A DNA stretch of 64,000 nt, taken from NCBI GenBank assembly GCA_965204945.1, contig OZ242022.1, positions 3,332,152 to 3,396,151 on the forward strand, in the 5' to 3' direction. Within the stretch, counting starts at the first letter, position 1, and every line of letters starts with the position of its first letter. The DNA comes from Limisphaerales bacterium. Its GTDB lineage: Bacteria > Verrucomicrobiota > Verrucomicrobiia > Limisphaerales > AAA164-E04. Under the pieces are notes generated by a model, which was not told where the DNA came from, did no database searches, and saw only the letters and a program-made list of their open reading frames with translations. Below are positions 50,231 to 60,495 of this stretch, piece by piece. A program made the position numbers and the translations under genes.

Positions 50231-51616
50231 TTAGCCTTTGTTTTCGAGGAGTTCGCGGCCGGCGCCGCCGAGGAAGTTGTCGACGAAGTTGGTGGAATAG
50301 ACGCCGCGTTTGAAGTCGGGGTCTTGGAGGATGGCGAGTTGGAAGGGGATGGTGGTTTTGACCCCTTCGATCATAAATTCGTTGAGGGCGCGGGTCATGA
50401 TGTTCATAGCTTCGGGGCGGTCTTTGCCGTAGGCGATGAGTTTGCCAATCATGGAATCGTAGTAGGGCGGGATGGTGTAGCCGGCGTAGACGTGGGATTC
50501 AAAGCGGACGCCTCTGCCGCCGGGTGCGTAAAGCATTTCGATTCTGCCGGGGGAGGGGCGGAAGCCGTCAAAGGGGTTTTCGGCGTTGATGCGGCATTCG
50601 ATGGCGTGGCCGGCGTGGCGGATTTCGCTTTGGGAGAAGCCGATGGGTTCGCCGGCGGCGATGAGGATTTGGAGTTTGACGAGGTCTCGGCTGGTGACTT
50701 CTTCGGTGACGGGGTGTTCGACTTGGATGCGTTTGTTGACTTCGAGGAAGTAGAAGTTGCCTTTGTCGTCGACGATGAATTCGACGGTGCCGGCGTTGGT
50801 GTATTGGGCTAGTTCGCAGAGTTTGACGGCGGCGCGGCTGGTTTTTTTGACGATGTCTTTGAATGGTTTGTTGTGGAGCAGGGGAGAGGGAGTTTCTTCG
50901 ATGAGTTTTTGGTTGCGGCGTTGGATGGAGCAGTCTCGCTCGCCAAAGTGGAGGATTTTGCCTTTGTCGTCGCCGATGATTTGGATTTCGATGTGGTGGG
51001 GATTTTCGACGAATTTTTCGATGTAGACGTCAGAGTTGCCAAAGCATTGTTCGGCTTCGCCTCGGGCGGTGTGGTAGCCTTTGCGAAGGGAGATGTCGTT
51101 GTGAACGACGCGCATGCCTCTGCCTCCGCCGCCGGCGACGGCTTTGATCATAACGGGATAGCCGATTTCTTTTGTGACGGCGAGGGCGTCTTCTTCGGAG
51201 TCTACGGTGCCGGCGGAGCCCGGAGGAATGGGGACGCCGGCTTTTTTGGCGAGTTTGCGGCTGACGGCTTTGTCTTGGAGGGCGTTCATGGCGGCGGCGC
51301 TGGGGCCGATGAAGCGGATGTTGCAACTGCCGCAAACTTCGGCGAAGTGCGCGTTTTCGGAGAGGAATCCGTAGCCCGGATGGATGGCGTCGACGTCGGC
51401 AATTTCGGCGGCGCTGATGAGGCGGTCGATTCGGAGGTAGCTTTCGAGCGCGGGCGCTTTGCCGATGCAAATGGCTTCGTCGGCCATCTGGGCGTGCATG
51501 GAGTTTCGGTCGGCTTCGGAGTAGACGGCGACGGTGCGAATGTTGAGTTCCCTGCAGGTTCGAATGATGCGCACGGCGATTTCGCCGCGGTTGGCGACCA
51601 GAATTTTTTCAAACAT
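50231..51616 (-). CDS. accC: Acetyl-CoA carboxylase biotin carboxylase
   Basis: [47 protein letters not shown]. Confidence 0.97.
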   Translation of the reverse strand: MFEKILVANRGEIAVRIIRTCRELNIRTVAVYSEADRNSMHAQMADEAICIGKAPALESYLRIDRLISAAEIADVDAIHPGYGFLSENAHFAEVCGSCNIRFIGPSAAAMNALQDKAVSRKLAKKAGVPIPPGSAGTVDSEEDALAVTKEIGYPVMIKAVAGGGGRGMRVVHNDISLRKGYHTARGEAEQCFGNSDVYIEKFVENPHHIEIQIIGDDKGKILHFGERDCSIQRRNQKLIEETPSPLLHNKPFKDIVKKTSRAAVKLCELAQYTNAGTVEFIVDDKGNFYFLEVNKRIQVEHPVTEEVTSRDLVKLQILIAAGEPIGFSQSEIRHAGHAIECRINAENPFDGFRPSPGRIEMLYAPGGRGVRFESHVYAGYTIPPYYDSMIGKLIAYGKDRPEAMNIMTRALNEFMIEGVKTTIPFQLAILQDPDFKRGVYSTNFVDNFLGGAGRELLENKG

Positions 51617-51678
51617 GGGCGGGGAAAGCGTTGCAACGGGGCATGACGGTTGGTTGCGGGTTGGGCATGGGAGTTTTG

Positions 51679-52161
51679 TTAAAGTGGTTTTACTTTGAAC
51701 AAGGGGCGGCCGTATTCGACCGGTTTGGCGTTTTCGGCCAAGATTTCGGAGATGACTCCTTTGGTTTCGGCCTTGATTTCGTTCATGACCTTCATTGCCT
51801 CGATAATGCAGACTATGGTTTCGGGTTGGACTTCGTCGCCTACTTTCACATAAGGCGCGGCTTCAGGCGAAGGGGCGACGTAGAATGTGCCGATCATGGG
51901 CGAGATGATGTCGGTGGTGTCGTCTGTGGAGGGGGCGTTGATTTTGGAAGCGTCCGGAGGTTGTTGCGACGGGTTGCCGCTTCCGGGCAAAGGTTGGGGC
52001 GGCGGGGAGAGTAGGAAGGGTCCGCCTTCCGAGGTGGTAGCGGTGTATCCTTCGCCGCCGCGCTTTAGCTTGATTTTGAAGTCTTCCTTCTTCAGTTCGA
52101 ATTCTGAAATGGAGTTTTGACTCATCAGCTCGACAATTGACTTGATCTCTTCGAAATCCAC
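51679..52161 (-). CDS. accB: Biotin carboxyl carrier protein
   Basis: [18 protein letters not shown]. Confidence 0.96.
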   Translation of the reverse strand: MDFEEIKSIVELMSQNSISEFELKKEDFKIKLKRGGEGYTATTSEGGPFLLSPPPQPLPGSGNPSQQPPDASKINAPSTDDTTDIISPMIGTFYVAPSPEAAPYVKVGDEVQPETIVCIIEAMKVMNEIKAETKGVISEILAENAKPVEYGRPLFKVKPL

Positions 52162-52406
52162 ATAAACTCCTGGTTAAGTCCGCTTTTCCATTTTTACCCC
52201 GCGCCCCACCCGGGAATAAGCAAAAAAGCAGAGGCCGCGCAACGCCGCCGCTTTGGAATTGTGGCCGTCATTCAAATTGCAAAAAGGTAGCCCGCAACTT
52301 GCCGAAAGTCAAGAAAAGATTGACAAAACAACGCATGCGTTCCGACAAATCCAGCGCGATCCTGAGGTTCATCTCAGCCTGATTCCTTTTGATTCGGCTT
52401 GTCCGA

Positions 52407-54284
52407 TCAAGGCGCGGATTCCACATAATAAAACTCGAATTCTTCGTTTGCCGACGCGTCCAGGATTGTGGTAATGGCGCCGGAAGCGGTCACAGGTTCG
52501 CCGACCGTCTCCCAAGAACTTCCGGCCAAGTCTTGACGGGAAAAGAGTTGGTATCGCGCCCCTCGAATGCTTTCAAAAGTGACAGCGCTGCCGTTTTCAT
52601 CCAGCGACACGGAAAGGATTTCAAAAGGGGAAATCATCGGTTGGGGCAGGGAATCGGGGTCTAGAGGGTTGGAGTTTTGAAGGGATTCCTCGCGGTTGTT
52701 GAAGCCATCTTGATCCGGATCGGAACCAGGGGCCGCCGCCAAAGAAGTAAAGGGATCAAAAAACCGCCGCTGATACAAATCGTCTAGGCTGTCAAAGTTG
52801 TAATCCAATGTTCGCGGCAAAATCTCGAGGTATCCGGGAGCGTAGGCGACGTTTCCATTTTCTGTTTGAAGCACGAAGCTCCGAAGGCCGGGCGAAGCGT
52901 TGTTGGCCACCGAAACTTGCGCGGAAACGCGAACGATGTCGTCAAAAAGTTTGACGTCTTCGGAAAGAACGTCGATGCCGGATCCGGTGATCCTCAACGA
53001 AATTCCCTCCTGCGGAATCTTTCTTCTAAAGACGCTGATCCATTGTTTTCCATCGCCGGGTCGCAGAGAGACCCCGACACACAATGGCTCTTCAGAAGGT
53101 CTGCTGGAAGGGGATATTCCAACCGCCGAAATTCGAAGCGCAGGCTCGCCGGCTTCCACCGCGATGTTCATCTCCGCCGTTTCACCGGCAACTACGGACA
53201 CGGGCAAGTTAGCCGAAGGAAGGAAGGAAGTGTCCACCGCTTCGGCGTCTATGGTTTTTTTGTCAGAGGAAATTTCTTTGGGAATCAGAAGAACGAAAAG
53301 ACGATTCGGGCAGGCGGAAAAGGGTTTGCTGACGTTGTTGATAACATCGGAATCCAAAGGAAGCGCCCGGAGATGATAGTTTCCGGGCGGAACGCCGTTG
53401 ATGAGAAAGCGGACTTCTGGATCATTTGGGGATGCTCGGCGGGTAATGCCTCCGGTGACGATGTTTCCATTTTGATCTTCCAAGAGAACCGAAGCGCCGT
53501 ACACGGGAACGCCGTTTTTCTTCACCGTGCCGTGAACGGCGCCCAAAGCCGCAATGCGTTCCGCCTTGCCGTAAGTGGAATCGGCGAACGCAATTTCATC
53601 CGCGCTCAAACCGGCGATGACGCCGCTGCTGCCGGCCGCGTCGGTCATAAAGTGCATTGTGGCGCCGCCAATTGGAGAGTGCGCCAAGCCCAGCAAATGC
53701 CCGATTTCGTGCAACGCAATGCCTTCGACAAAGAGATTGGAGCGGCCGGATCGAGTGGAAAAATCCGTGGACCAATCAAACTCAAGCCCGTTTAGCGCAA
53801 TGTCCGCTTCCGCAATTACGGACGTTCCGGGAATGTGAGAAGTGAGCGTGACCGCCGCCCTTCCCCAAATGCTCGCCGTTTCCCTGTTGAAGAGGCCGTC
53901 GCCCTTTACCCAATAAACTACGTTGGTTCCGTCTTCTGTGTTGACATCGATCTCGCCGGTCAAAATTCCCGCTTCTTCGAATCGAATGGCGGTGTGAGGA
54001 ACGGACTGCCATTGCGCAAAGGCCGCCCGAACGGCGTTGAGTTCGCTTTGGCGGTTGGTTTCCGACCATCCGTCGGCGTGCAGGTAGTAGCGGATGGCGC
54101 GCGTGGAACGATTGAGCGAATTTGTGGGAACGGAAAATGATGCGGGCGGAAACGGCGGATTCAAAGACCATTTCAAGGCCGCTCCGCCATTGTCCAGCTT
54201 GGCGACATAAGCCTGAATCGAGATCGCTCCCGCAAGCCATGCAAAAGCGCCGGCGACGCAATGATGTTTTCCGCAACGATTCAT
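52407..54284 (-). CDS. Secreted matrixin-like (M10) zinc metallopeptidase with accessory beta domains
   Basis: HEIGHLLGLAH + ATM Met-turn; DPDQDGFNNREE; C-terminal YQLFSRQDL..W...FYYV. Confidence 0.88.
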   Translation of the reverse strand: MNRCGKHHCVAGAFAWLAGAISIQAYVAKLDNGGAALKWSLNPPFPPASFSVPTNSLNRSTRAIRYYLHADGWSETNRQSELNAVRAAFAQWQSVPHTAIRFEEAGILTGEIDVNTEDGTNVVYWVKGDGLFNRETASIWGRAAVTLTSHIPGTSVIAEADIALNGLEFDWSTDFSTRSGRSNLFVEGIALHEIGHLLGLAHSPIGGATMHFMTDAAGSSGVIAGLSADEIAFADSTYGKAERIAALGAVHGTVKKNGVPVYGASVLLEDQNGNIVTGGITRRASPNDPEVRFLINGVPPGNYHLRALPLDSDVINNVSKPFSACPNRLFVLLIPKEISSDKKTIDAEAVDTSFLPSANLPVSVVAGETAEMNIAVEAGEPALRISAVGISPSSRPSEEPLCVGVSLRPGDGKQWISVFRRKIPQEGISLRITGSGIDVLSEDVKLFDDIVRVSAQVSVANNASPGLRSFVLQTENGNVAYAPGYLEILPRTLDYNFDSLDDLYQRRFFDPFTSLAAAPGSDPDQDGFNNREESLQNSNPLDPDSLPQPMISPFEILSVSLDENGSAVTFESIRGARYQLFSRQDLAGSSWETVGEPVTASGAITTILDASANEEFEFYYVESAP

Positions 54285-54310
54285 AACTTCGATTCCTCTT
54301 TGAATATCTC

Positions 54311-54880
54311 TTATGATTTAGGAATGGTGGCGGGCTTGGCGGGATCGGTTTTGTGTTGGGAGACTTGGCGCTTGAGCGTTTCCAAAGTCAAAGGCAACCG
54401 CGCGGGCAAACGATAGCCGGCATTTTCCTTCGCCGGCCTCCCGCCGTGATAAAGGCTTTGCGCGTAGCGTTGCTTTGTCGAATCCTCGCGCCAAACCCGA
54501 AACTTGCCCTGCCGCATTCCCAAAGTCACTCCTTCGCCTCGACTATTGATTGTCAAGAAAACCACAACTTCCTCGCCAAGTTTGTAACCGACTCCGCCGG
54601 AAACGCTATCCCGTCGACTTCCCAAAATCCCGCCGCCGTGAACGATTGCAAAAGGATTCACCTTCACCTTGCCTTTCCAGACGTCTTGAACGTGCAACCG
54701 CACTTGCGTGTAAATCCTTCCTTCGGCGTCTTTTTGGACGCTTTTTCCGATCACGATGCCGTGAACGACGCAATCAGACTTTGCGGCCAACTGGTCGATA
54801 GAAAGAATCGCGACCGGACTTGCCAAGAGAGGCAGGAAAGCGCTTAAGGCGATCCCGGAAAAGAAGGCGCAAATTTTCAT
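54311..54880 (-). CDS. Secreted hypothetical protein co-transcribed with the matrixin
   Basis: Signal peptide; SDCVVHG.V, IYTQV, GEEVVVFL, QGKF. Confidence 0.7.
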   Translation of the reverse strand: MKICAFFSGIALSAFLPLLASPVAILSIDQLAAKSDCVVHGIVIGKSVQKDAEGRIYTQVRLHVQDVWKGKVKVNPFAIVHGGGILGSRRDSVSGGVGYKLGEEVVVFLTINSRGEGVTLGMRQGKFRVWREDSTKQRYAQSLYHGGRPAKENAGYRLPARLPLTLETLKRQVSQHKTDPAKPATIPKS

Positions 54881-55048
54881 AAAACGACAAAGCGAATTCA
54901 TAGCGGAATTTAATACAAGGTGGAAGAGATTAGAAACCGTCGGCATCGAGGACAAATGATCGCTGACGGGGAACAAAAAACGGCGGGTATGGAGAACAAA
55001 GTAATCCACACCCGCCTATAGCACTAATGGAAGGCCTCGCTGCGGACT

Positions 55049-56038
55049 CTACAAGCTAATCTCTTGCACTTCCACCGAGCCTTCATGCGCCTTATCCTGG
55101 CGCGTCATTGTGATCGTTGTGCTGGGATGGCCAGGGCTGACTACTACGTTAATTCCGCCTGTGCCTGCGCCGATAGTGCCGCCACTTGCCCTTGTTCCCA
55201 ACCATACTACAAACACCACATTTGACGGAGAATCGCCGGTTCGTTGAATCCGAATCTTCAAAGCCACCACTGAGCTGTTGTTGGCACGGGTGTGGGTGAC
55301 TTGTTCGCTGAGTAAATTCTCGTTTCCTAGCGAAATCGTGCGCCAAGTGGACGCGCTTATGCCAGGGTCGCCCTTGTCCCCCTTTTCTCCCCTCTGTCCC
55401 GGTTGGCCTTTACGCCCAATCAATCCCGGCAGCCCTTGTTCACCTTGCAATCCTCGTTCACCTTGAGGCCCGGGTTCACCTCTCTCCCCTTGAGGTCCGG
55501 GCGGCCCCTGCGCGCCATCTCTGCCGTTCAAGCCGTTTTTGCCCGGTCTTCCTCTTGCCCCAGACCATCCTATCGGGCCTTGCTGGCCAACTTCTCCCTG
55601 TTCGCCTTGAGGTCCCGGCGGGCCGGGAGTGCTTAACACAGCCCGAAGCCGATTTTTGAACCGATCACCCAAAGATTCAACCCAGGCTGTGAACGGAGAC
55701 GCATACAAATCAATGACGCCGTTGTACACCGACAGCGGCCTGTCCACTTCTACGACCGGCGCCGTGCTTGCTGGCCTCTCTGCTCTCTCTTGTTGCCGAA
55801 TTCGTGCCTCTAGCCTTTCCACAAGCCGAGCAAAGTTCCCCAGCTTCTCTTCCAACACGAGGATTCGTGCCTCCTGTTTTTCGGCGGCAGTTTGGCCCTT
55901 CGAATTCTGCCCCTTGCCGTCATCCCCATTGGCTTGAGCGTGAACGGACATGACCTCCGCCAACGCCAACCACAGCAAAATTCCAATTGAGAAGAGAGTC
56001 CCCCCCCCCCCTCGCTTTGCGTTTGGCGTCTGGTTCAT
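55049..56038 (-). CDS. Collagen-like protein (30 Gly-X-Y triplets) with in-frame G12 tract before the signal peptide
   Basis: Uninterrupted GPP...GIS triplets, preceded by a coiled coil. Confidence 0.85.
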   Translation of the reverse strand: MNQTPNAKRGGGGTLFSIGILLWLALAEVMSVHAQANGDDGKGQNSKGQTAAEKQEARILVLEEKLGNFARLVERLEARIRQQERAERPASTAPVVEVDRPLSVYNGVIDLYASPFTAWVESLGDRFKNRLRAVLSTPGPPGPQGEQGEVGQQGPIGWSGARGRPGKNGLNGRDGAQGPPGPQGERGEPGPQGERGLQGEQGLPGLIGRKGQPGQRGEKGDKGDPGISASTWRTISLGNENLLSEQVTHTRANNSSVVALKIRIQRTGDSPSNVVFVVWLGTRASGGTIGAGTGGINVVVSPGHPSTTITMTRQDKAHEGSVEVQEISL

Positions 56039-56316
56039 CGACCATTTGGCCGACCTCTGTGTGCATACAATGTTACTGTTCATATCTAGACTTATCGATT
56101 AATTACGGCGCGGAATGTAAGCGTACATCCCTCGCACTCCCCAAATTTGCGATTGTTTTTATGTTTTGTCAACTTTTTCTTTCGCCTGAATCTCCACAAC
56201 GAAGGAAGGTTTCTGACGGATTTTCGATTCCCCGCAAGAAAGGAAGCGATTGGGCAAAGGCTTTGTTTTTGGCAATTGGGGTTGCTTTTTCCGTGTTTTC
56301 CGGCACTTTTCTTCGG

Positions 56317-56724
56317 GTGAAATTGGTGGAAATGAACTGGTCGCCTTCGGCGCGGCAGTTGAGGCAGTTTGGATGCGTGTGCTTGTTTGCGCTTCCGTTG
56401 CTGGGGTGGATTTGGTCCGGAAATCCGCAAACCATTGTCTGGCTGCTGATCGTTGGATTGGGACTGGCGGTCACGGGATTCCTTATGCCCAAGGCGTTGA
56501 AGCCGGTGTTCGTGGGGCTTATGTTGATTGCCTTGCCCATTGGAATGGTTGTGACTGAATGTTTGCTGTTGCTGATTTATTTTGGCTTGTTTCTTCCCAT
56601 CGGACTCTGTTTTAAGATTGCGAAGCGGGACGCGTTAAAGCGATCTTTTGAGAAAAGCAAGAAATCGTATTGGGAAGAAAAAAAGATGCCCAAAGGGGCT
56701 ACCAGTTACTATCGTCAGTGGTGA
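56317..56724 (+). CDS. SxtJ-family membrane protein
   Basis: QLRQFG, PIGMVV, PIGL..K..KRDAL, SYW, YYRQW. Confidence 0.8.
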   Translation: MKLVEMNWSPSARQLRQFGCVCLFALPLLGWIWSGNPQTIVWLLIVGLGLAVTGFLMPKALKPVFVGLMLIALPIGMVVTECLLLLIYFGLFLPIGLCFKIAKRDALKRSFEKSKKSYWEEKKMPKGATSYYRQW

Positions 56725-56771
56725 GCGGTGCGTTTATTGGAGTCGCCAGCAAAGGAAACAAAGGAGAATTT

Positions 56772-56978
56772 ATGTCCAAAGATTCTGGAAAACAAAAGAG
56801 CGAATTTGAGAAAGCCAAAGAAGAAAAACAAGCTTCGCTACTGCGGGAGTTTGTCGATTTTGTCCTCGAGAACAAAAAGTGGTGGCTCATTCCGATCTTT
56901 CTGGTGTTGTTCTTGTTTGCTTTGATGTCCGTTGTAATGTCCACGGGCGCGGCGCCGTTCCTCTACCCGTTTTTTTGA
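56772..56978 (+). CDS. DUF5989-family small membrane protein
   Basis: EFVDFVLENKKWWLIPI...AAPFLYPFF; strong RBS. Confidence 0.85.
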   Translation: MSKDSGKQKSEFEKAKEEKQASLLREFVDFVLENKKWWLIPIFLVLFLFALMSVVMSTGAAPFLYPFF

Positions 56979-57123
56979 TTTCCCGGTTCCCATTCTTTGG
57001 GATGCCGGGTGTTGGTTTGGAGTTGGCCGGCCGGATGTCTGCGGTCTTTTCCAGTTTCGAGAGGTGTTGCATTGCGCTTGTTTGAGTTCCTCTGTGGCGC
57101 ATTTTTTGTTCTCCGGATTGCGT

Positions 57124-57930
57124 ATGCGGTTGAGTTGTCGTTTGGAAGTCCTTCCGGGAAAGAGCGTCGTGGAGCGGGTGGCAAATGCTCGGCGGTATGG
57201 TTTTGACGGCGTGGGGTTGCCGGGACGGTATTTGAAGCATTATTTGGAGGAACTGGAGGAGGCGGTGCCGGATTTGCCAATTCCGCCAATGAGTCTTTCG
57301 CTCGGATTCCAAGGAACTTTGTTGCATCCGAAGGAGCGGGAGCGTAGGCGGTGCCGAGATTCGCTTCGGTCGTTGATGGACGTATGCGGACGATTAGGCG
57401 TTTCGTTGCTCAATGTGCCTCCAGTGCTGATTCAAGATCATCCAATCCGCATTGTGGAGGCGGGCGGATTTTCTTCCGTTGAGGCGCGGCAGGACGCTTT
57501 ATTGTTGGAGCAGTTGATCGAATTAGGAGACGATGCCAAAGCGCGAGGAATGCTTTTTCTTTTGGAGCCGGTCAATCGTTTTGAATCGGATTATCTTAAT
57601 TCTGTGGAACATGGAGCCCGTCTTTGCGAACAGGCGGGGCGCGAGTCGGTGGGATTGACGATTGACACCTATCACATGCAGAAGGAGGAAAAGTCTTATG
57701 AACGAGCGATCCTCAATGCCAGAAGGCATGTGAGGCACGTTCACGTGGCGGAGAATACTCGCGCAGAACCTGGGGCGGGTTTGTTGGACTTCGCCGCCGT
57801 GTTTCGCGGTTTAAAAGAGATTCGATACCAAGGTTGGATTGAGATGGAATGCCGAAAATTGTCGGGGCCGGGCGAGGAAGTTCTTCCGCGGTCGGTTCAA
57901 TATCTGCGGCAGGCTTGGTTGCGAGCGTGA
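57124..57930 (+). CDS. Sugar phosphate isomerase/epimerase (xylose-isomerase-like TIM barrel)
   Basis: LEPVNRFE, DTYHM, HVHVAENTR, GWIEME. Confidence 0.88.
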   Translation: MRLSCRLEVLPGKSVVERVANARRYGFDGVGLPGRYLKHYLEELEEAVPDLPIPPMSLSLGFQGTLLHPKERERRRCRDSLRSLMDVCGRLGVSLLNVPPVLIQDHPIRIVEAGGFSSVEARQDALLLEQLIELGDDAKARGMLFLLEPVNRFESDYLNSVEHGARLCEQAGRESVGLTIDTYHMQKEEKSYERAILNARRHVRHVHVAENTRAEPGAGLLDFAAVFRGLKEIRYQGWIEMECRKLSGPGEEVLPRSVQYLRQAWLRA

Positions 57931-58300
57931 GCCGGGCCCGAACCAAAAACAACGCTTTTTGGAGGGCTATTGGTTGCGGGTGGATCCAAAAAAAGAGGAA
58001 TCGCCATCAAATGCCGAAGAGTGAAAATTTTGACATTTTGGAGAGTTTTCAAAGAGGGAGCGAATTTTTTGGCGTGCGGCACAATAAAAGATTGCCAAAG
58101 TCCGCGGAGTTTGGCAGCTTTGCGTTTCTCTTTGAGACAATAAGGGTTCCTGTTTGTCGCGAAGAGACGGGGACGGCCAATCAATCTTGAGAATTCAGTT
58201 TTCCCAAGTCGGCCATAACAACATCGGAGACGTCCCGTGTTTTTGCGGGAGGGAGTTTTGCGTGAAAGAATCGGAAGATTCCGGCAACAGAATAGAGAGA

Positions 58301-59185
58301 GTGACAGAGATCGGCGTTAAAGAACTATTGGAAGCGGGAGTTCACTTCGGGCACCAAACCCGGCGGTGGAACCCCAAGATGAAGCGCTTTATTTTCGATG
58401 CGCGCAACGGGATTCACATCATTGACTTAACCAAAACCATCCAGCATCTCCGGGAGGCGTGCGGTTTCCTCGCGCAAACTATTCAGGCCGAGGGAAAGGT
58501 TTTGTTTGTCGGCACCAAGAAACAAGCCCAATCCGCGGTCAAAGAAACTGCCGGCGTTGTCGGCCAACCGTTTGTGACCGAACGTTGGTTGGGAGGCACG
58601 TTAACCAACTTGAAAACGGTAAAAAAATCCCTGAAGCGGCTGCAAGAAATAGAGGCTATGGAAGCCGGCGGAAAAATGTCCAGCTACGGAAAGAAAGAGC
58701 AGGCAATGCTTCGCCGCGAAGCGGCAAGGTTGCATCGAAACCTCGACGGCATCCGGTCGATGGACGACTTCCCGCAAGCCCTCTTCATTGTGGATTTAAA
58801 ACGGGAACACAACGCGGTGGCCGAAGCGCTGCGCTTGAAAATCCCCATCGTGGCCATCGTAGATACCAATTGTGATCCGGATCAGGCAAACTATCCCATC
58901 CCGGGAAACGACGACTCCATTCGCTCTTTGAGAATCATCCTCAACACTGTCTCCGAATGTCTAGCCCAAGCGCGCGCCGAATTGGAATCCGCCCAAGCGC
59001 GCGCCCGCGCCGAGCTGGCCAGAAAACAACAAGAAGAAGCCGCCGCCAAAGCTGCAGCCGAAACCGCCAAAGCCGCCGCCGCTGCCTCCGCAGCATCGGC
59101 GGCATTGGCCGCCGCCGCAACCGATGCTCCGCCCACGCCCCCGAAAACTCCCGAACCCCCAGCCGGGCAAAACAGAGACAGCTAA
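58301..59185 (+). CDS. rpsB: 30S ribosomal protein S2
   Basis: LLEAGVHFGHQTRRWNPKM, RWLGGTLTN, IPGNDD. Confidence 0.97.
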   Translation: MTEIGVKELLEAGVHFGHQTRRWNPKMKRFIFDARNGIHIIDLTKTIQHLREACGFLAQTIQAEGKVLFVGTKKQAQSAVKETAGVVGQPFVTERWLGGTLTNLKTVKKSLKRLQEIEAMEAGGKMSSYGKKEQAMLRREAARLHRNLDGIRSMDDFPQALFIVDLKREHNAVAEALRLKIPIVAIVDTNCDPDQANYPIPGNDDSIRSLRIILNTVSECLAQARAELESAQARARAELARKQQEEAAAKAAAETAKAAAAASAASAALAAAATDAPPTPPKTPEPPAGQNRDS

Positions 59186-59300
59186 ACGCCAAACAATCCT
59201 ATTCCAGCCTTGAGCAATATTCTCTCGCTTTTCTTTTAGGGAAACGAAAAGGCCTAACCAACGACCAATTTAAACTTCACGCAACAAGTCAAATAAAAAT

Positions 59301-60137
59301 ATGGCAGAAATTAGCGCAACCACCGTAGCCCAACTTCGGGCAATGACGAACGCAGGAATCATGGACTGCAAAAGAGCCTTGACCGAAACCAACGGCAACC
59401 TAGAAGCAGCCGTCGACGTCCTCCGAAAAAAAGGAGCCGCCAACGCCGCCAAAAAGGCCGGCCGCTCCGCCAACGAAGGCGCCGTCGCCTGTTACATCCG
59501 CCCCAATTCCCAATCCGGCGCCCTTGTCGAAATCAACTGCGAAACCGACTTCGTCGCCAAAAACGAAACATTCCAAAAATTCTGCGACCAAGTCGCCAAA
59601 ACCCTCATCGAAACCCCGCAAACCAACTTCGAAACCCTGCGCGCCGAACACATCGCCAAAATCGGCGAAAACATCCAAATCCGGCGACACGCCCGAATGG
59701 ACGTCTCCGACATCGGCCTCATCGCCGCCTACATCCACACCGGAGCCAAAGTCGGCGTTTTAGCCGAAGTCAGCGCCAACCACCCCAACAGCATCGGCGA
59801 CGAACGCTTCACCCGCCTCGTCAAAGACATCACCCTCCAAATCGCCGCCGCCAACCCCATAGTCGTCCGCCGCGCCGAAATCCCCCCTCAACTACTCCAA
59901 AAAGAAAAAGAAATCGCCCGCGAGCAAGCCAGCGGCAAACCCCCGCAAGCCATCCCCAGAATCATCCAAGGCAAACTCGAAAAATACTGCCAAAACGTCT
60001 GCCTCGAAGAGCAAGGATTCATCCGCAGCAACGAAATCACCCTCAAAGACCACGTCGCCGCCGTCGGCAAAGAAATAGGCGATCAATTCACCATCCGCCG
60101 CTTCCGCCGCTTTCAAGTTGGCGAACACGCCGAGTAG
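59301..60137 (+). CDS. tsf: Translation elongation factor Ts
   Basis: AGIMDCKRAL, EINCETDFV, KIGENIQIRR. Confidence 0.97.
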   Translation: MAEISATTVAQLRAMTNAGIMDCKRALTETNGNLEAAVDVLRKKGAANAAKKAGRSANEGAVACYIRPNSQSGALVEINCETDFVAKNETFQKFCDQVAKTLIETPQTNFETLRAEHIAKIGENIQIRRHARMDVSDIGLIAAYIHTGAKVGVLAEVSANHPNSIGDERFTRLVKDITLQIAAANPIVVRRAEIPPQLLQKEKEIAREQASGKPPQAIPRIIQGKLEKYCQNVCLEEQGFIRSNEITLKDHVAAVGKEIGDQFTIRRFRRFQVGEHAE

Positions 60138-60495
60138 CAAAACACAACCGCCTGAGCCCCGGTCACCTCTCCGCCAAGAACCCAGACAAACCCACAACAA
60201 CAAACCCGCCTCAAAACAAACGAAAAATTTTTCCCTTGCCGCATCTAAAATCTGCTTGACACAAATATCTTTTTCTGGACAAAATCCCGCAAATAAATCT
60301 CGTAAAGCCAACGACGACGTCAAAGAACGATATGAAAGATTCAGGAAAAGTGAGTATGAACAACGTTGAAAATCCCAATCCCTTTGCTGGCAGTAAAGTA
60401 CCCCCCCCCCCCCCCCCGCACTTTGCGACAAACCAACCTTGGCCAACAAGACGCCAAGATACCTCTCACGCAACAACCCCTTTCTAATAACCGCC

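Noticed and set aside
58960-59185. Ala/Pro-rich C-terminal extension of S2
   Set aside because: Low-complexity tails are common in RpsB.
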